In this document: one piece after another, positions 42,714-52,054 of the stretch | Position numbering within the stretch: the first letter of the stretch is position 1 | Layout of the letters: each line of letters begins with the position of its first letter | DNA from: Candidatus Omnitrophota bacterium | GTDB lineage: Bacteria > Omnitrophota > Gorgyraeia > Gygaellales > Profunditerraquicolaceae | DNA length: 64,000 nucleotides | Assembly: GCA_028713155.1 (NCBI GenBank) | Contig: JAQTPA010000002.1 | Span: forward strand, 8,680-72,679 | Direction of reading: 5' to 3' | Notes under the pieces: model-generated | What the model saw: the letters and a program-made list of their open reading frames with translations, nothing else | The model's database searches: none | Told to the model about the DNA's origin: nothing | Program-made: the position numbers and the translations under genes

Positions 42714-43241
42714 ATGGAACTTTTACTGCATACCTGCTGCGCGCCGTGTTTAATTTACCCCCTGGAAGTATTGCGTAATGTGGGTTTTAAGGTCACCGGG
42801 TTTTTTTATAACCCGAATATCCATCCCCTCGCCGAATACCTTAGAAGAAAAGAAGCGCTGGCAGTTTTAAGCTCCGGCATTGAATTTATTTATCCTGAAT
42901 ATTCCCCCCAGGAATTCTTTCGGCTGGTTAATCTGAATGAAGAAGCTCCGGAAAGATGTTCTATCTGCTGGAGGGAACGGCTTAAGAAAACCGCCCGGTC
43001 TGCCCGGTCTGCCGGGTTCAAATATTTTACCACTACTCTTCTGGTGAGCCCTTATCAGGACCAGGAGCTACTGAAGAAGATCGGGAATGAGGTTGCCGCG
43101 GAAGAGGGCGTAGAATTTTATTACGCGGATTTTAGGGCGGGCTTTAGGAAGGCGCATGACGAGGCCAAAGCCAAAGGCGTGTATTGCCAGAGGTATTGCG
43201 GCTGTATTTATTCCGAGATAGAGCGCTCTAAGAAAAAATAG
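42714..43241 (+). CDS. queH: Epoxyqueuosine reductase QueH (DUF208)
   Basis: HTCCAPC N-terminal motif and conserved Cys pairs; 175 aa. Confidence 0.8.
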   Translation: MELLLHTCCAPCLIYPLEVLRNVGFKVTGFFYNPNIHPLAEYLRRKEALAVLSSGIEFIYPEYSPQEFFRLVNLNEEAPERCSICWRERLKKTARSARSAGFKYFTTTLLVSPYQDQELLKKIGNEVAAEEGVEFYYADFRAGFRKAHDEAKAKGVYCQRYCGCIYSEIERSKKK

Positions 43242-43242
43242 A

Positions 43243-43458
43243 ATGCAGGATATTGCCAGGACATTAATTATATTCGGGGTTATCTTAATCGCTGTCGGCA
43301 TATTTTTGTTTTTTATGCAGAAGATACCTCTCGTAGGCAGGCTGCCGGGAGATATCTATATTCAAAGAAAAAATTTTTCTTTCTATTTTCCGTTAGCTAC
43401 ATGCATTTTGATAAGTATAATACTTTCACTTTTATTTTACCTGTTTAGCCGAAAATGA
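43243..43458 (+). CDS. Small two-TM membrane protein (DUF2905-like)
   Basis: 71 aa with two hydrophobic helices. Coupled to neighbouring genes by ATGA overlaps on both sides. Confidence 0.4.
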   Translation: MQDIARTLIIFGVILIAVGIFLFFMQKIPLVGRLPGDIYIQRKNFSFYFPLATCILISIILSLLFYLFSRK

Positions 43459-44624
43459 AGACCAGGGTTATTGCGCTTTTATTTTTTATTTTATTCATAT
43501 CTTGCGCGGCATTCTGCCAGGAAGAGAGCAGCTTAAGAAAAGGGGTCTGGGTCACTGTTTTTTCAGAGCAAGAGGTGCTTTATTCCCGGGAGGCTGTGTT
43601 AAAGCTGGTTAACTCCTGCAAGAGAGCCGGTATTAACGAAATATACCTGCAGGTTTATCAGTCGGGGAAAGCATACTATGATTCTAAAATAGGCGGCAGG
43701 TCAAAGTATGAGGCTATGCTTAAATCCTCCGGGGCTGACCCTATTGACTTTCTTTTAAAAGAAGCAGGAAAAAACAATATAAAGGTATTTGCCTGGGTTA
43801 ATCTCCTGAGCCTCGGGCAGAATGCCAAGGCGGATATAGTCAATGAATTTGGCGAGGATATTTTCACGCGCGACCAGTATCTTAGGGTTTCCGGAAGGGC
43901 TAGCCCCAATGAATCGGATAAATATTACCTGCGGGAAGACCAATTGTTCCTGGAGCCGGGAGACCAGAGAGTCGCGAGATACCTGATTTCCATCGTTGAA
44001 GAAATAATTGAGCGTTACCCTCTTTTAAGCGGCATCCACCTTGATTACGCGCGTTATCCGATGACTGTGCCGTTTATCCCCGGCGCGCGTTTTACCAAAT
44101 ACGGCTTAAGTTACGGTTATGGCAGGGAAAATTTAGAGCGTTTTAAAGAATGGACAGGGTTGGACCCCTTAAAGGGATTAAAGGGCGGTAAAAACTGCGC
44201 TAAATGGGATGATTGGAGGCGAAAGCAGCTTACCAGCCTGGTCAGGAGAATAACTAAACGCCTGAAGGAAAAATCAGGAAGCTTTTTAGTTTCCGCTGCG
44301 GTTGTCCCTTCGGGTGAACGCGCTTATACCAGCATGTTTCAGGATTGGCCTTACTGGCTTGAAGAGAGTATCCTGGATTACGTAGTCTTAATGAATTATA
44401 CCCAGGATAAACAACTGACTAAAGAGATAGTCCGCGCTTCTCTTGGCTACCGGCAGAAAGGCAAGGTCTTTGTAGGGATGGGATTGTATTTAATGAAGGA
44501 TAACCCGGAAGTATTCTTTGAGCAATACAAAATGGTTAAGAGTTTATCTGCCGACGGCATAGTAATCTTTTCCTACGACGATATGACTGAGGAGATCCTG
44601 GAATACCTGAGTAAATCGCAATAA
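43455..44624 (+). CDS. Secreted glycoside-hydrolase-like GHL10 family protein (DUF4015/YngK-like)
   Basis: Signal peptide with Cys, then GVWVTVFSEQEV...AGINEIYLQVYQSGKAYYDS typical of the GHL10 TIM-barrel family; 389 aa. Confidence 0.55.
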   Translation: MKTRVIALLFFILFISCAAFCQEESSLRKGVWVTVFSEQEVLYSREAVLKLVNSCKRAGINEIYLQVYQSGKAYYDSKIGGRSKYEAMLKSSGADPIDFLLKEAGKNNIKVFAWVNLLSLGQNAKADIVNEFGEDIFTRDQYLRVSGRASPNESDKYYLREDQLFLEPGDQRVARYLISIVEEIIERYPLLSGIHLDYARYPMTVPFIPGARFTKYGLSYGYGRENLERFKEWTGLDPLKGLKGGKNCAKWDDWRRKQLTSLVRRITKRLKEKSGSFLVSAAVVPSGERAYTSMFQDWPYWLEESILDYVVLMNYTQDKQLTKEIVRASLGYRQKGKVFVGMGLYLMKDNPEVFFEQYKMVKSLSADGIVIFSYDDMTEEILEYLSKSQ

Positions 44625-44641
44625 TTCCTTATATAAAAATA

Positions 44642-45631
44642 ATGAAACTTTCCAATTTTGATTACGGCCTGCCTAAAGAATTAATCGCGCAATACCCGCT
44701 GAAGGAGAGGGAAGGCGCGCGGCTGATGGTTGTAAAGCGCTCCAGTAATACCGCCGAAGACGGTATTTTTAAGGATTTCAGCGCGTATTTAAAAAAAGGC
44801 GATCTTCTGGTTTTAAATGATACCAGGGTGCTTACCTGCCGCCTGATCGGCCATAAGGCTACCGGGGGAAAGGTAGAGATTTTATTGACCAAACGCAAGA
44901 GCGGCTCTACTTTTGATGCCTTGGTCCAGCCCAGCCGCACCAAAATAGGTGAGAAGGTATTTTTTGGGAAAAATAAAATCGCCGGGGTCATCACCAACCG
45001 CAGAGAGATTTCTTTTAAGCCAAAAGATGCCGGGACTATTTATGAATTGGGCCAGGTGCCGCTACCACCTTATATCAGGAGAGAGCCCGAAGAGCTGGAT
45101 AAAGATTATTATCAGACTGTTTATGCGAATAAGGAAGGCGCAATAGCTTCACCGACTGCGGGCTTGCATTTTACAGAGGAATTGCTTAAGAAAATAGAAT
45201 TATCCGGAGTAAATATCGCGCATTTGACTTTGCATGTTGGCTTAGGTACTTTTAAGCCGGTAACTTCCGAAGATATCACTAAGCACAAGATGGAACCGGA
45301 ATTCTTCCAGATTCCAAAATCCAGCCAGGAGAAGATAGAAATAGCGCGTAAAAATAAATCGCGCATCATTGCCGTAGGCACAACTACATTACGTGCGTTA
45401 GAGGCTTATGCTGATGGGTTAAAAGAGGGCTGGACGAATTTATTCATTTATCCGGGATATAAATTCAAATTAGTTGACTGCCTGCTCACTAATTTTCACT
45501 TACCCAAGACCACGCTTTTTATGCTTACTTGTGCGTTTGGGGGAGAGAAATTAATCAAGCAGGCGTATCAGGAAGCGGTTTACAAGCAGTACAGGTTTTA
45601 TAGCTACGGCGATGCAATGTTGATAATTTAG
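44642..45631 (+). CDS. queA: S-adenosylmethionine:tRNA ribosyltransferase-isomerase
   Basis: FDYGLPKELIAQYP N-terminus; 329 aa. Confidence 0.9.
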   Translation: MKLSNFDYGLPKELIAQYPLKEREGARLMVVKRSSNTAEDGIFKDFSAYLKKGDLLVLNDTRVLTCRLIGHKATGGKVEILLTKRKSGSTFDALVQPSRTKIGEKVFFGKNKIAGVITNRREISFKPKDAGTIYELGQVPLPPYIRREPEELDKDYYQTVYANKEGAIASPTAGLHFTEELLKKIELSGVNIAHLTLHVGLGTFKPVTSEDITKHKMEPEFFQIPKSSQEKIEIARKNKSRIIAVGTTTLRALEAYADGLKEGWTNLFIYPGYKFKLVDCLLTNFHLPKTTLFMLTCAFGGEKLIKQAYQEAVYKQYRFYSYGDAMLII

Positions 45632-45719
45632 CGTCTGGCTTGTCTTGTTTCCCGTAGGGACACTTGCTTGCTGGACTTCACATGCCCTGCTTAGGAAACA
45701 ACCCAACCCATCCGCTAAG
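45632..45719 (-). repeat. Palindromic repeat element, copy B (inverted relative to copy A)
   Basis: The reverse complement cttagcggatgggttgggttgtttcctaagcagggcatgtgaagtccagcaagcaagtgtccctacgggaaacaagacaagccag is ~85% identical to 10676-10760. It starts 1 nt after the queA stop codon. Confidence 0.7.
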
Positions 45720-45759
45720 TATTTACATCAATCGGCGTAGAGTGAGGTAATCTAATCCC

Positions 45760-45969
45760 GTGGAAAAACTGCTTACTATACAACAATTAGGGGAATTAAT
45801 CCAGGTTAGCCCTAAGACTATCTATCAATGGACTCATATAGGCTTTATACCACATTATAAGTTACCGAAAGGGGTTAGATTCAAAAAAGCGGATGTTACA
45901 GCTTGGCTAAGTAAGAGACATAGGAAAGGCAGAGATAAGTTAAAGATTGATTTAATTAGTAGTGTCTAA
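45760..45969 (+). CDS. Excisionase/AlpA-like helix-turn-helix DNA-binding protein (HTH_17 family)
   Basis: 69 aa; LLTIQQLGELIQVSPKTIYQWTHIGFIPHYKLPKGVRFKKADVTAWL matches the Xis/AlpA MerR-like HTH. Confidence 0.6.
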   Translation: MEKLLTIQQLGELIQVSPKTIYQWTHIGFIPHYKLPKGVRFKKADVTAWLSKRHRKGRDKLKIDLISSV

Positions 45970-46069
45970 TAAAGCAAACAACTTATTTCATATCAAATAG
46001 ATATAAAATTATCGAAAGTTAATTAATTATTTATTACTTTTTTATAAGATTTCGTTAATTAAATAATAC

Positions 46070-46098
46070 TTGACAATATTTAATTACTGTTTTATACT
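46070..46098 (+). promoter_or_regulatory. Near-consensus sigma70-type promoter upstream of fic
   Basis: TTGACA, a 17-nt spacer, then TATACT, set in a very AT-rich intergenic stretch. The RBS aaaaggag is 7 nt before ATG 46125. Confidence 0.45.
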
Positions 46099-46124
46099 TT
46101 ATTGGTAATTAAAAGGAGTTAAAT

Positions 46125-47462
46125 ATGAGCATAATCGAACAGCCTCCTAAATACGATACTATCTTTAAGAATACTGAAAGTCTTTTAAGAATTATGAAGG
46201 CTTGCCAAATGCCAGATGTGCAAGGTTTGATACGCAAAGCCAACGATCGATATTTCTATTGGTCAGATTTTGCTCATCGTATACCGGCTAACATAGAAAC
46301 TAGACCCGAAGAAATATGGGTGTATCTAAAATTGGGTCGTTCTTCTAATATGAGGAACACGCCTATAATGGATAAAAATAATCAATTCTTTACATATTGG
46401 ATTCCAGATTGTTTGCATCGTAGTATAAGTGAAGTTGATAAATGGTCTGGTGGCCAAATAATTACTGACCAACCGTTCGGACTCCCCGCCAAAGAAAAGT
46501 ATATTATTAATTCCTTGATGGATGAAGCTATTGCATCAAGTCAGTTAGAGGGCGCTTCGACAGAATATAGAATTGCTAAAGAAATGTTGCGGTCGGGTCG
46601 TAAGCCGCAAGACAAAAATGAACAGATGATATTTAACAACTGGAATGCGATGCAATTCATTCGAGAGAATAGCAGGCCTCCTTTTTCCATAGATAAGCTC
46701 TATGAATTACATACTATTTTGACGCAAGAAACATTGGAATCTCCTAGTGAAGCAGGAAAGTTTAGGGATAAAGATGATATACATGTTACGTATAGAGATG
46801 AAATCGTGCATATTCCACCTAAGGCAGATACATTAAAGAAAAGGATAGATGGGCTGATTGAGTTTGCAAATAACGATGATGAAGAAAATTGGATTCATCC
46901 TGTAATTAAGGGAGCCATGATTCATTTCTGGTTGGCGTATGATCATCCTTTTACCGATGGGAATGGTAGGACTGCCAGAGCGTTGATGTATTGGTATCTT
47001 CTAAGCCGAGGCTATGAACTTTTTCAGTATTTGTCTATTTCTAAGCATTTTCTTAGAGCACCAGGGCAATATGTAAGAGCATATCTTTACGCTGAGAATG
47101 ACGATAATGACCTCACTTATTTTTTAGTTTATAATTTACTCTCTATTCGATTTGCTTTGAATGAGTTGAGGAAATATTTTAAGAATAAACAACATGAAGT
47201 ATCAAAAGCAAATGATTTATTAGGTAAATTCCGAGGGTTAAATCTACGGCAGAAGAGTTTAATATATCATTCTATACAACATCCAGATACTATTTATTCA
47301 ATCGAAGCTCACAAAAATACTCATGGTATCGCATATGATACTGCTCGTAAGGATTTGATGGTTCTCGCTTCAAAAGGTTTTCTAAAAATAGAAAAAGAGG
47401 GCAAGAGGTTACTTTTATTTCTTCCAACAGGTAAAGTAATTGAGAAATTACGTGGTAAATAA
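46125..47462 (+). CDS. fic: Class II Fic (Fido) family AMPylation-type protein with intramolecular inhibitory helix
   Basis: Canonical Fic motif HPFTDGNGRTARAL. The upstream inhibitory-helix motif SSQLEG fits (S/T)xxxE(G/N). C-terminal wHTH-like region; 445 aa. Confidence 0.85.
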   Translation: MSIIEQPPKYDTIFKNTESLLRIMKACQMPDVQGLIRKANDRYFYWSDFAHRIPANIETRPEEIWVYLKLGRSSNMRNTPIMDKNNQFFTYWIPDCLHRSISEVDKWSGGQIITDQPFGLPAKEKYIINSLMDEAIASSQLEGASTEYRIAKEMLRSGRKPQDKNEQMIFNNWNAMQFIRENSRPPFSIDKLYELHTILTQETLESPSEAGKFRDKDDIHVTYRDEIVHIPPKADTLKKRIDGLIEFANNDDEENWIHPVIKGAMIHFWLAYDHPFTDGNGRTARALMYWYLLSRGYELFQYLSISKHFLRAPGQYVRAYLYAENDDNDLTYFLVYNLLSIRFALNELRKYFKNKQHEVSKANDLLGKFRGLNLRQKSLIYHSIQHPDTIYSIEAHKNTHGIAYDTARKDLMVLASKGFLKIEKEGKRLLLFLPTGKVIEKLRGK

Positions 47463-47701
47463 GTAGTTTTGTTTTTGTGCCCAAAATGTGCCCATCCAAG
47501 TGAAAAACATCGGGAGTCAAAGGGAAGAATCGGGAAAAATCCAGACTTGAAGTTAGCTTTGGAATAAAAGTATTATTTATATAACTCATTGATTTATCGA
47601 CGGATGGGAGATTTGTTTAACCAGACTCCCTGCTTCTGCCCCCCATAAATCGTAGACATTATACATAAGTATTAAAACATCAATAGGTTGTAATGATAAT
47701 A

Positions 47702-47732
47702 TAGCGGATGGATTGGTTTGGCTTCGAGCAAG
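47702..47732 (+). repeat. 5' portion of the palindromic repeat (copy C, split)
   Basis: tagcggatggattggtttggcttcgagcaag matches the first 31 nt of copy A (29/31), and similarity ends abruptly afterwards. A further degenerate fragment (cgacggatgggagatttgttt) lies at ~47598-47620. Confidence 0.6.
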
Positions 47733-47823
47733 ATAAGGCAGGCGCTGGGCGTATTGTTTAAGGCCGCCAACTGTGATCTTAAAGATTAAGCCTGCTTCTG
47801 TTTACGGTGCGGAGAAGGAGAGA

Positions 47824-48300
47824 ATGAAAACACTACTAACTTATTATTCCTATAGCGGTATCACTGAGAAAGTAGTCGGTATATTTAAGGAAGTTTTAGA
47901 AAAAAGAGCTGAGCTAAAGATCCAAAGGCTAAAACCAAAAGAAGAAATAACTTCATTTTTTTCTCAATGCCTGGCTGCTAGTTCTAAAAAAAGATGCGCG
48001 ATAGAAGAAGTACTGTTTGATGCAACTAGCTTTGATACTATCATTATTGGCTTGCCCGTATGGGCATTTGCTCCTACGCCAGCCATCAATACATATTTAG
48101 ACAAAGTTACAGGACTAAACAATAAAAGACTGATTGTGCTGCTTACTTCAGGAAGCGGTATGGGAGTTAAAATGTGCTTTAAATATATTAATAATATTCT
48201 GAGCAGCAAAGGCGCATCCAATATAAGCGAAATCAATATCCCCAATGCCAGGATGAAAGATAGGGATTTTATTATTTCGTCTTTAGAAAAAATTCTATAA
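47824..48300 (+). CDS. Flavodoxin-like fold protein
   Basis: 158 aa from the Met preceded by the RBS ggagaaggag (ORF-track start 47773 is probably too early). LTYYSYSGITEKV is the N-terminal phosphate-binding motif of flavodoxin-like proteins. Confidence 0.55.
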   Translation: MKTLLTYYSYSGITEKVVGIFKEVLEKRAELKIQRLKPKEEITSFFSQCLAASSKKRCAIEEVLFDATSFDTIIIGLPVWAFAPTPAINTYLDKVTGLNNKRLIVLLTSGSGMGVKMCFKYINNILSSKGASNISEINIPNARMKDRDFIISSLEKIL

Positions 48301-48318
48301 CAGGACCCGCGTAAGGTT
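48301..48318 (+). repeat. 3' terminal portion of the palindromic repeat (copy C, split)
   Basis: caggacccgcgtaaggtt matches the copy A 3' end caggatccgcgtaaggtt (17/18), directly after the flavodoxin-like stop codon. Confidence 0.6.
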
Positions 48319-48488
48319 GACTTGAAGATTAGTGAGGAATAGGGGATGATCCAGCGGATAATAAAACATAAATACTTTTTTCATATTGCAGTGCTTTTGG
48401 TTGTTGTAGCGGTAACTATCCTGTTTATTGTTTTTAGCGGGACTTTGAATTAAGGGTATTGAAGACGTTAGAGAAAAGATAAAACTAG

Positions 48489-48884
48489 ATGAAAGATAAA
48501 AAGATAATTACTGTAATAATATCAGTCATCATTATTGTTGCTTTAGCCTGGGGAGCGGTATTTATTTTTAGAGGCGCGATTGTTACTGGTTTAGCGGCAA
48601 GGGTATTGCTTAAAGCAGGCAAGCCTTTGCAATTCGGCGGATATACTGTGTTGGTAGATAAAGTAGAGGGAAATAAGCTCTACGGCATAAAAGTCAGCAG
48701 CCAAAGTAGAACGCTTGAGGCAAAAAGCGGCGACTACGCCTATATGCCTGAAAAAAATGCGATTAAGTTTAATTTAATTGATGGCGTAGCTGAGGAGCAT
48801 GATCCTGATAATCCTCAAAAATTCAATAGATTGACGTTTAAGCAAACTATTATCACATTAAGATTAGGATCTATAGGTAATTAA
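48489..48884 (+). CDS. Small N-terminally anchored membrane protein of unknown function
   Basis: 131 aa; TM helix VIISVIIIVALAWGAVFIF followed by a probable beta-rich periplasmic domain. AT-rich codon usage. Confidence 0.4.
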   Translation: MKDKKIITVIISVIIIVALAWGAVFIFRGAIVTGLAARVLLKAGKPLQFGGYTVLVDKVEGNKLYGIKVSSQSRTLEAKSGDYAYMPEKNAIKFNLIDGVAEEHDPDNPQKFNRLTFKQTIITLRLGSIGN

Positions 48885-48885
48885 A

Positions 48886-50019
48886 ATGTTTGAATTAATT
48901 AAACAAGATAAGAATAGTAGAGCCCGGTTAGGCAAGCTCACTACCGAGCATGGGGTAATCCATACGCCGGCTTTTATGCCGGTGGGTACGCATGCTACCA
49001 TTAAAGGGCTTTATCCTAAGGACGTGGAAGAAGCCGGAGCTGAAGTAATGCTCTCCAATACCTATCATTTATTCTTACGCCCCGGAATGGAGGTTATTCG
49101 TAAAGCCGGCGGCCTGCATAAGTTTATCGCGTGGAATAAGCCCATTCTTACGGATAGCGGCGGTTATCAGGTATTCAGTTTGGCGCTTCTAAGGAAATTA
49201 AGCGATAAGGGAGTAGAATTCCAGTCGCATATAGACGGATTCAAGCATTTTTTGACCCCGGAGGATGTAATCAATATCCAGCAGGATTTAGGCTCGGATA
49301 TCATGATGCCGCTGGATGAATGCGTGCATTATCCTTGCGGGAAAGATCAGGCAGAGGTAGCCATGAAACGCACTATCAACTGGGCCAGGCGTTCGCATAA
49401 ACATCTGCAGGAGCATAAAAAGCACGGGCCTACCAAGAAACAATTGTTATTCGGTATTGTGCAGGGAGCTACTTATGAAGATTTACGCTCTGCAAGCGCC
49501 AAAGAACTTACCGGTATAGATTTTGACGGCTTTAGCATAGGCGGAGTTTCGGTTGGCGAACCGAGCGATTTAATATATAATATATTAGATTACACCGCGA
49601 AATTACTTCCTCGGGATAAACCGCGTTATGCCATGGGCATAGGTTATCCTCCGGATATAATTGAGGCAGTTGAGCGGGGAGTGGATATGTTTGATTGCGT
49701 AGTGCCGACTAGGTACGGCAGGAATGGCACTGCTTTTACCAGCCGGGGAAAAATGATCATTAGGAATGCGGCGTTTACTGATGACTTTAAGGTCCTGGAT
49801 GAAAAGTGCGGTTGTTATGTCTGCAAGAATTTCAGCCGGGCCTATCTTAGGCATTTGTTTAACGCCCAGGAGATGCTGGGTTTGACTTTATTATCTTTAC
49901 ATAATGTTTATTTCTTTTTGGACCTGTGCCGTAAGATCCGCGAAGCAATCAAGGGTAACCAGTTCAGCGAATTTAAAAAAGAATTTTTAGCCGGGTATAA
50001 TAATTCCGTATGCGCATAG
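48886..50019 (+). CDS. tgt: Queuine tRNA-ribosyltransferase
   Basis: [23 protein letters not shown] and the zinc site CGCYVC...H; 377 aa. Confidence 0.9.
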   Translation: MFELIKQDKNSRARLGKLTTEHGVIHTPAFMPVGTHATIKGLYPKDVEEAGAEVMLSNTYHLFLRPGMEVIRKAGGLHKFIAWNKPILTDSGGYQVFSLALLRKLSDKGVEFQSHIDGFKHFLTPEDVINIQQDLGSDIMMPLDECVHYPCGKDQAEVAMKRTINWARRSHKHLQEHKKHGPTKKQLLFGIVQGATYEDLRSASAKELTGIDFDGFSIGGVSVGEPSDLIYNILDYTAKLLPRDKPRYAMGIGYPPDIIEAVERGVDMFDCVVPTRYGRNGTAFTSRGKMIIRNAAFTDDFKVLDEKCGCYVCKNFSRAYLRHLFNAQEMLGLTLLSLHNVYFFLDLCRKIREAIKGNQFSEFKKEFLAGYNNSVCA

Positions 50020-50705
50020 ACATAGTTACCATATTCCCGAAAATGTTTAGCCCGGTGTTTGGCGCATCCATTATCCGGATCGCGCAGGTTAAGGGTAAGG
50101 TGAAATTTTATCTCCATGATTTAAGGGATTATACGCCGGATAAACACCGTAAGGTTGACGACCGGCCTTTTGGCGGGGGCTCGGGTATGCTGATGCGCCC
50201 GGAGCCGATCTTTAATGCGGTAGAAGAAATATTATCCAAAACCAAAAAGAATAAGCCGAAAGTAATCCTGTTGTGCCCTCAAGGCAGGAAACTTACCCAG
50301 AAAATCGCCAAAGATATCGCAAAAGAGAAACAAATTATTTTGCTTTGCGGCCATTATGAGGGCATAGATGAAAGAGTGCGCAAAGAGTTAGTAGACCAGG
50401 AAATTTCTATAGGTGATTATGTGCTTACCGGAGGAGAGCTGGCGGCTATGGTTCTGGTGGATAGCGTGGTGCGGCTTCTGCCGGGGGTCTTGGGCGATAA
50501 AAATTCCTTGAATTTTGAGTCATTTGAAGGTAATCTATTAGAACACCCGCACTATACCCGGCCGGCGAATTTCCGCAATCTGGCTGTGCCGGAGGTACTC
50601 CTTTCGGGGGATCATAAAAAAATAGAGGCTTGGAGAAAAAAACAAGCCTTAAAAAGGACGCAAGAAAGACGGCCGGACCTGTTCAAGAAGGCCGATTTAG
50701 GTTAA
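50010..50705 (+). CDS. trmD: tRNA (guanine37-N1)-methyltransferase
   Basis: [11 protein letters not shown]-terminus and the SPOUT knot GHYEGIDER. Confidence 0.9.
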   Translation: MRIDIVTIFPKMFSPVFGASIIRIAQVKGKVKFYLHDLRDYTPDKHRKVDDRPFGGGSGMLMRPEPIFNAVEEILSKTKKNKPKVILLCPQGRKLTQKIAKDIAKEKQIILLCGHYEGIDERVRKELVDQEISIGDYVLTGGELAAMVLVDSVVRLLPGVLGDKNSLNFESFEGNLLEHPHYTRPANFRNLAVPEVLLSGDHKKIEAWRKKQALKRTQERRPDLFKKADLG

Positions 50706-50716
50706 GGAGGAAACAA

Positions 50717-51073
50717 ATGGACAAGATGAAATTGATTGAGTCGCAATTTATCAAAAAAGATATGCCGAAGTTCGGCGTCGGCGATACGGTTAAAGTCCTC
50801 ACCAGGATACCGGAAGGACCGGATAAGGTCCGCCTGCACCCTTTTGAGGGGGTAGTGATTTCCAAGGAAGGTTCCGGGGCCAGGGAGCATTTTACGGTAA
50901 GAAAGGTTTCTTACGGAGAGGGGATTGAACGCGTATTCCCGTTATATTCACCCAGCATCGAACGCATTGAACTTGTCCGTTCCGGGAAAGTCAAGAGGGC
51001 CAAGCTTTACTACTTAAGAAGTAAGGTCGGTAAGCGGGCCACCAAGATTGAAAGCCAGGGAGAAAAAGTTTAA
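50717..51073 (+). CDS. rplS: 50S ribosomal protein L19
   Basis: The RBS aaggagg precedes ATG 50717. FEGVVIS...FTVRK...GEGIERVF...KLYYLR aligns with L19. The ORF-track start 50630 is an upstream in-frame extension. Confidence 0.9.
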   Translation: MDKMKLIESQFIKKDMPKFGVGDTVKVLTRIPEGPDKVRLHPFEGVVISKEGSGAREHFTVRKVSYGEGIERVFPLYSPSIERIELVRSGKVKRAKLYYLRSKVGKRATKIESQGEKV

Positions 51074-51680
51074 AGATTTACTCGGTTACGAGCGTAAGCT
51101 CAGAAGAAGAGGCTGCGATTTGATTATCGGCGTGGATGAAGCCGGGCGCGGGCCTCTGGCCGGTCCGGTTGTGGCAGCGGCAGTCGCGCTTAAGACAACG
51201 ATTTTTAAAAACCGCATTGACGATTCCAAAAAATTGAGCCTTCATCGCCGCCAGAAGGCTTTTGAAGAAATTACCAGAAAATCCATATTCGGCATAAGCG
51301 TAGTCAGCGAAAAGATGATTGACCGCATCAATATTTTACAAGCCACGCGCCTGGCGATGCGCCAAGCGGTTATTTCTTTGACCAAAAAGATAGCCGGCCT
51401 TAATTATTTAAATATTCACGTAATTGTCGACGGGAAGATGTCTCTGGAATTAAATTGGCCCTGCACTGATATTGTCAAAGGTGACGGCAAATCCAAGAGC
51501 ATAGCCGCCGCCTCCATATTAGCCAAGGTTACCCGCGACCGGATTATGCGTGAATATGACGTAATTTATCCGGAATACGGGTTTAGTCGGCATAAGGGTT
51601 ATCCCACAGAAAGCCATCGGGAAATCCTTAACCGGATAGGGCCGTCACAGATCCACCGGAAGAGTTTTCACTGTGCCTAA
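51048..51680 (+). CDS. rnhB: Ribonuclease HII
   Basis: [15 protein letters not shown] active-site motif. Confidence 0.9.
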   Translation: MKAREKKFKDLLGYERKLRRRGCDLIIGVDEAGRGPLAGPVVAAAVALKTTIFKNRIDDSKKLSLHRRQKAFEEITRKSIFGISVVSEKMIDRINILQATRLAMRQAVISLTKKIAGLNYLNIHVIVDGKMSLELNWPCTDIVKGDGKSKSIAAASILAKVTRDRIMREYDVIYPEYGFSRHKGYPTESHREILNRIGPSQIHRKSFHCA

Positions 51681-52053
51681 ATATAATTTAAATTTAGGGG
51701 TTCAGGCGGAGGCTAAAGCGGCAGAGTTCCTTAAGGCCAGCGGTTATCAAATTCTCCGGCGGAATTATAGATCCAAATTAGGCGAAGTAGATATTATCGC
51801 CAGGGATAAGGATACGGTTTGTTTTGTAGAGGTAAAATGCCGCTTGTCCGATAAATTCGGCAAAGGATCGGAAGCTGTGTCCGGGAAAAAGCAGGGCCAG
51901 CTAGCCAAGGCAGCCTTAAGTTTTTTAAAAGAAAATAACTTATTAGGTAAAAGCGCAAGGTTTGACGTGGTCTCGCTGGATAGCTGCGGCCCGGAAGAAA
52001 AAATAACCCTGATTAAAAACGCGTTTGAATTGAACGGGAGGTTTACTTACTAA
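51673..52053 (+). CDS. yraN: YraN-family (UPF0102) endonuclease-like protein
   Basis: 126 aa; GEVDIIARDKDTVCFVEVKCR PD-(D/E)xK-like core. Confidence 0.7.
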   Translation: MPKYNLNLGVQAEAKAAEFLKASGYQILRRNYRSKLGEVDIIARDKDTVCFVEVKCRLSDKFGKGSEAVSGKKQGQLAKAALSFLKENNLLGKSARFDVVSLDSCGPEEKITLIKNAFELNGRFTY

Positions 52054-52054
52054 G

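Noticed and set aside
45632-48318. Integron-like cassette array (attC-like palindromes flanking promoterless ORFs)
   Set aside because: No intI gene is present. The palindromes do not end in the GTTRRRY core. The fic gene has its own strong promoter. The arrangement is not ORF-attC periodic.
50630-50716. ORF-track start of rplS at 50630 (147 aa)
   Set aside because: It overlaps trmD. A strong RBS (aaggagg) precedes ATG 50717, and the L19 alignment begins there.
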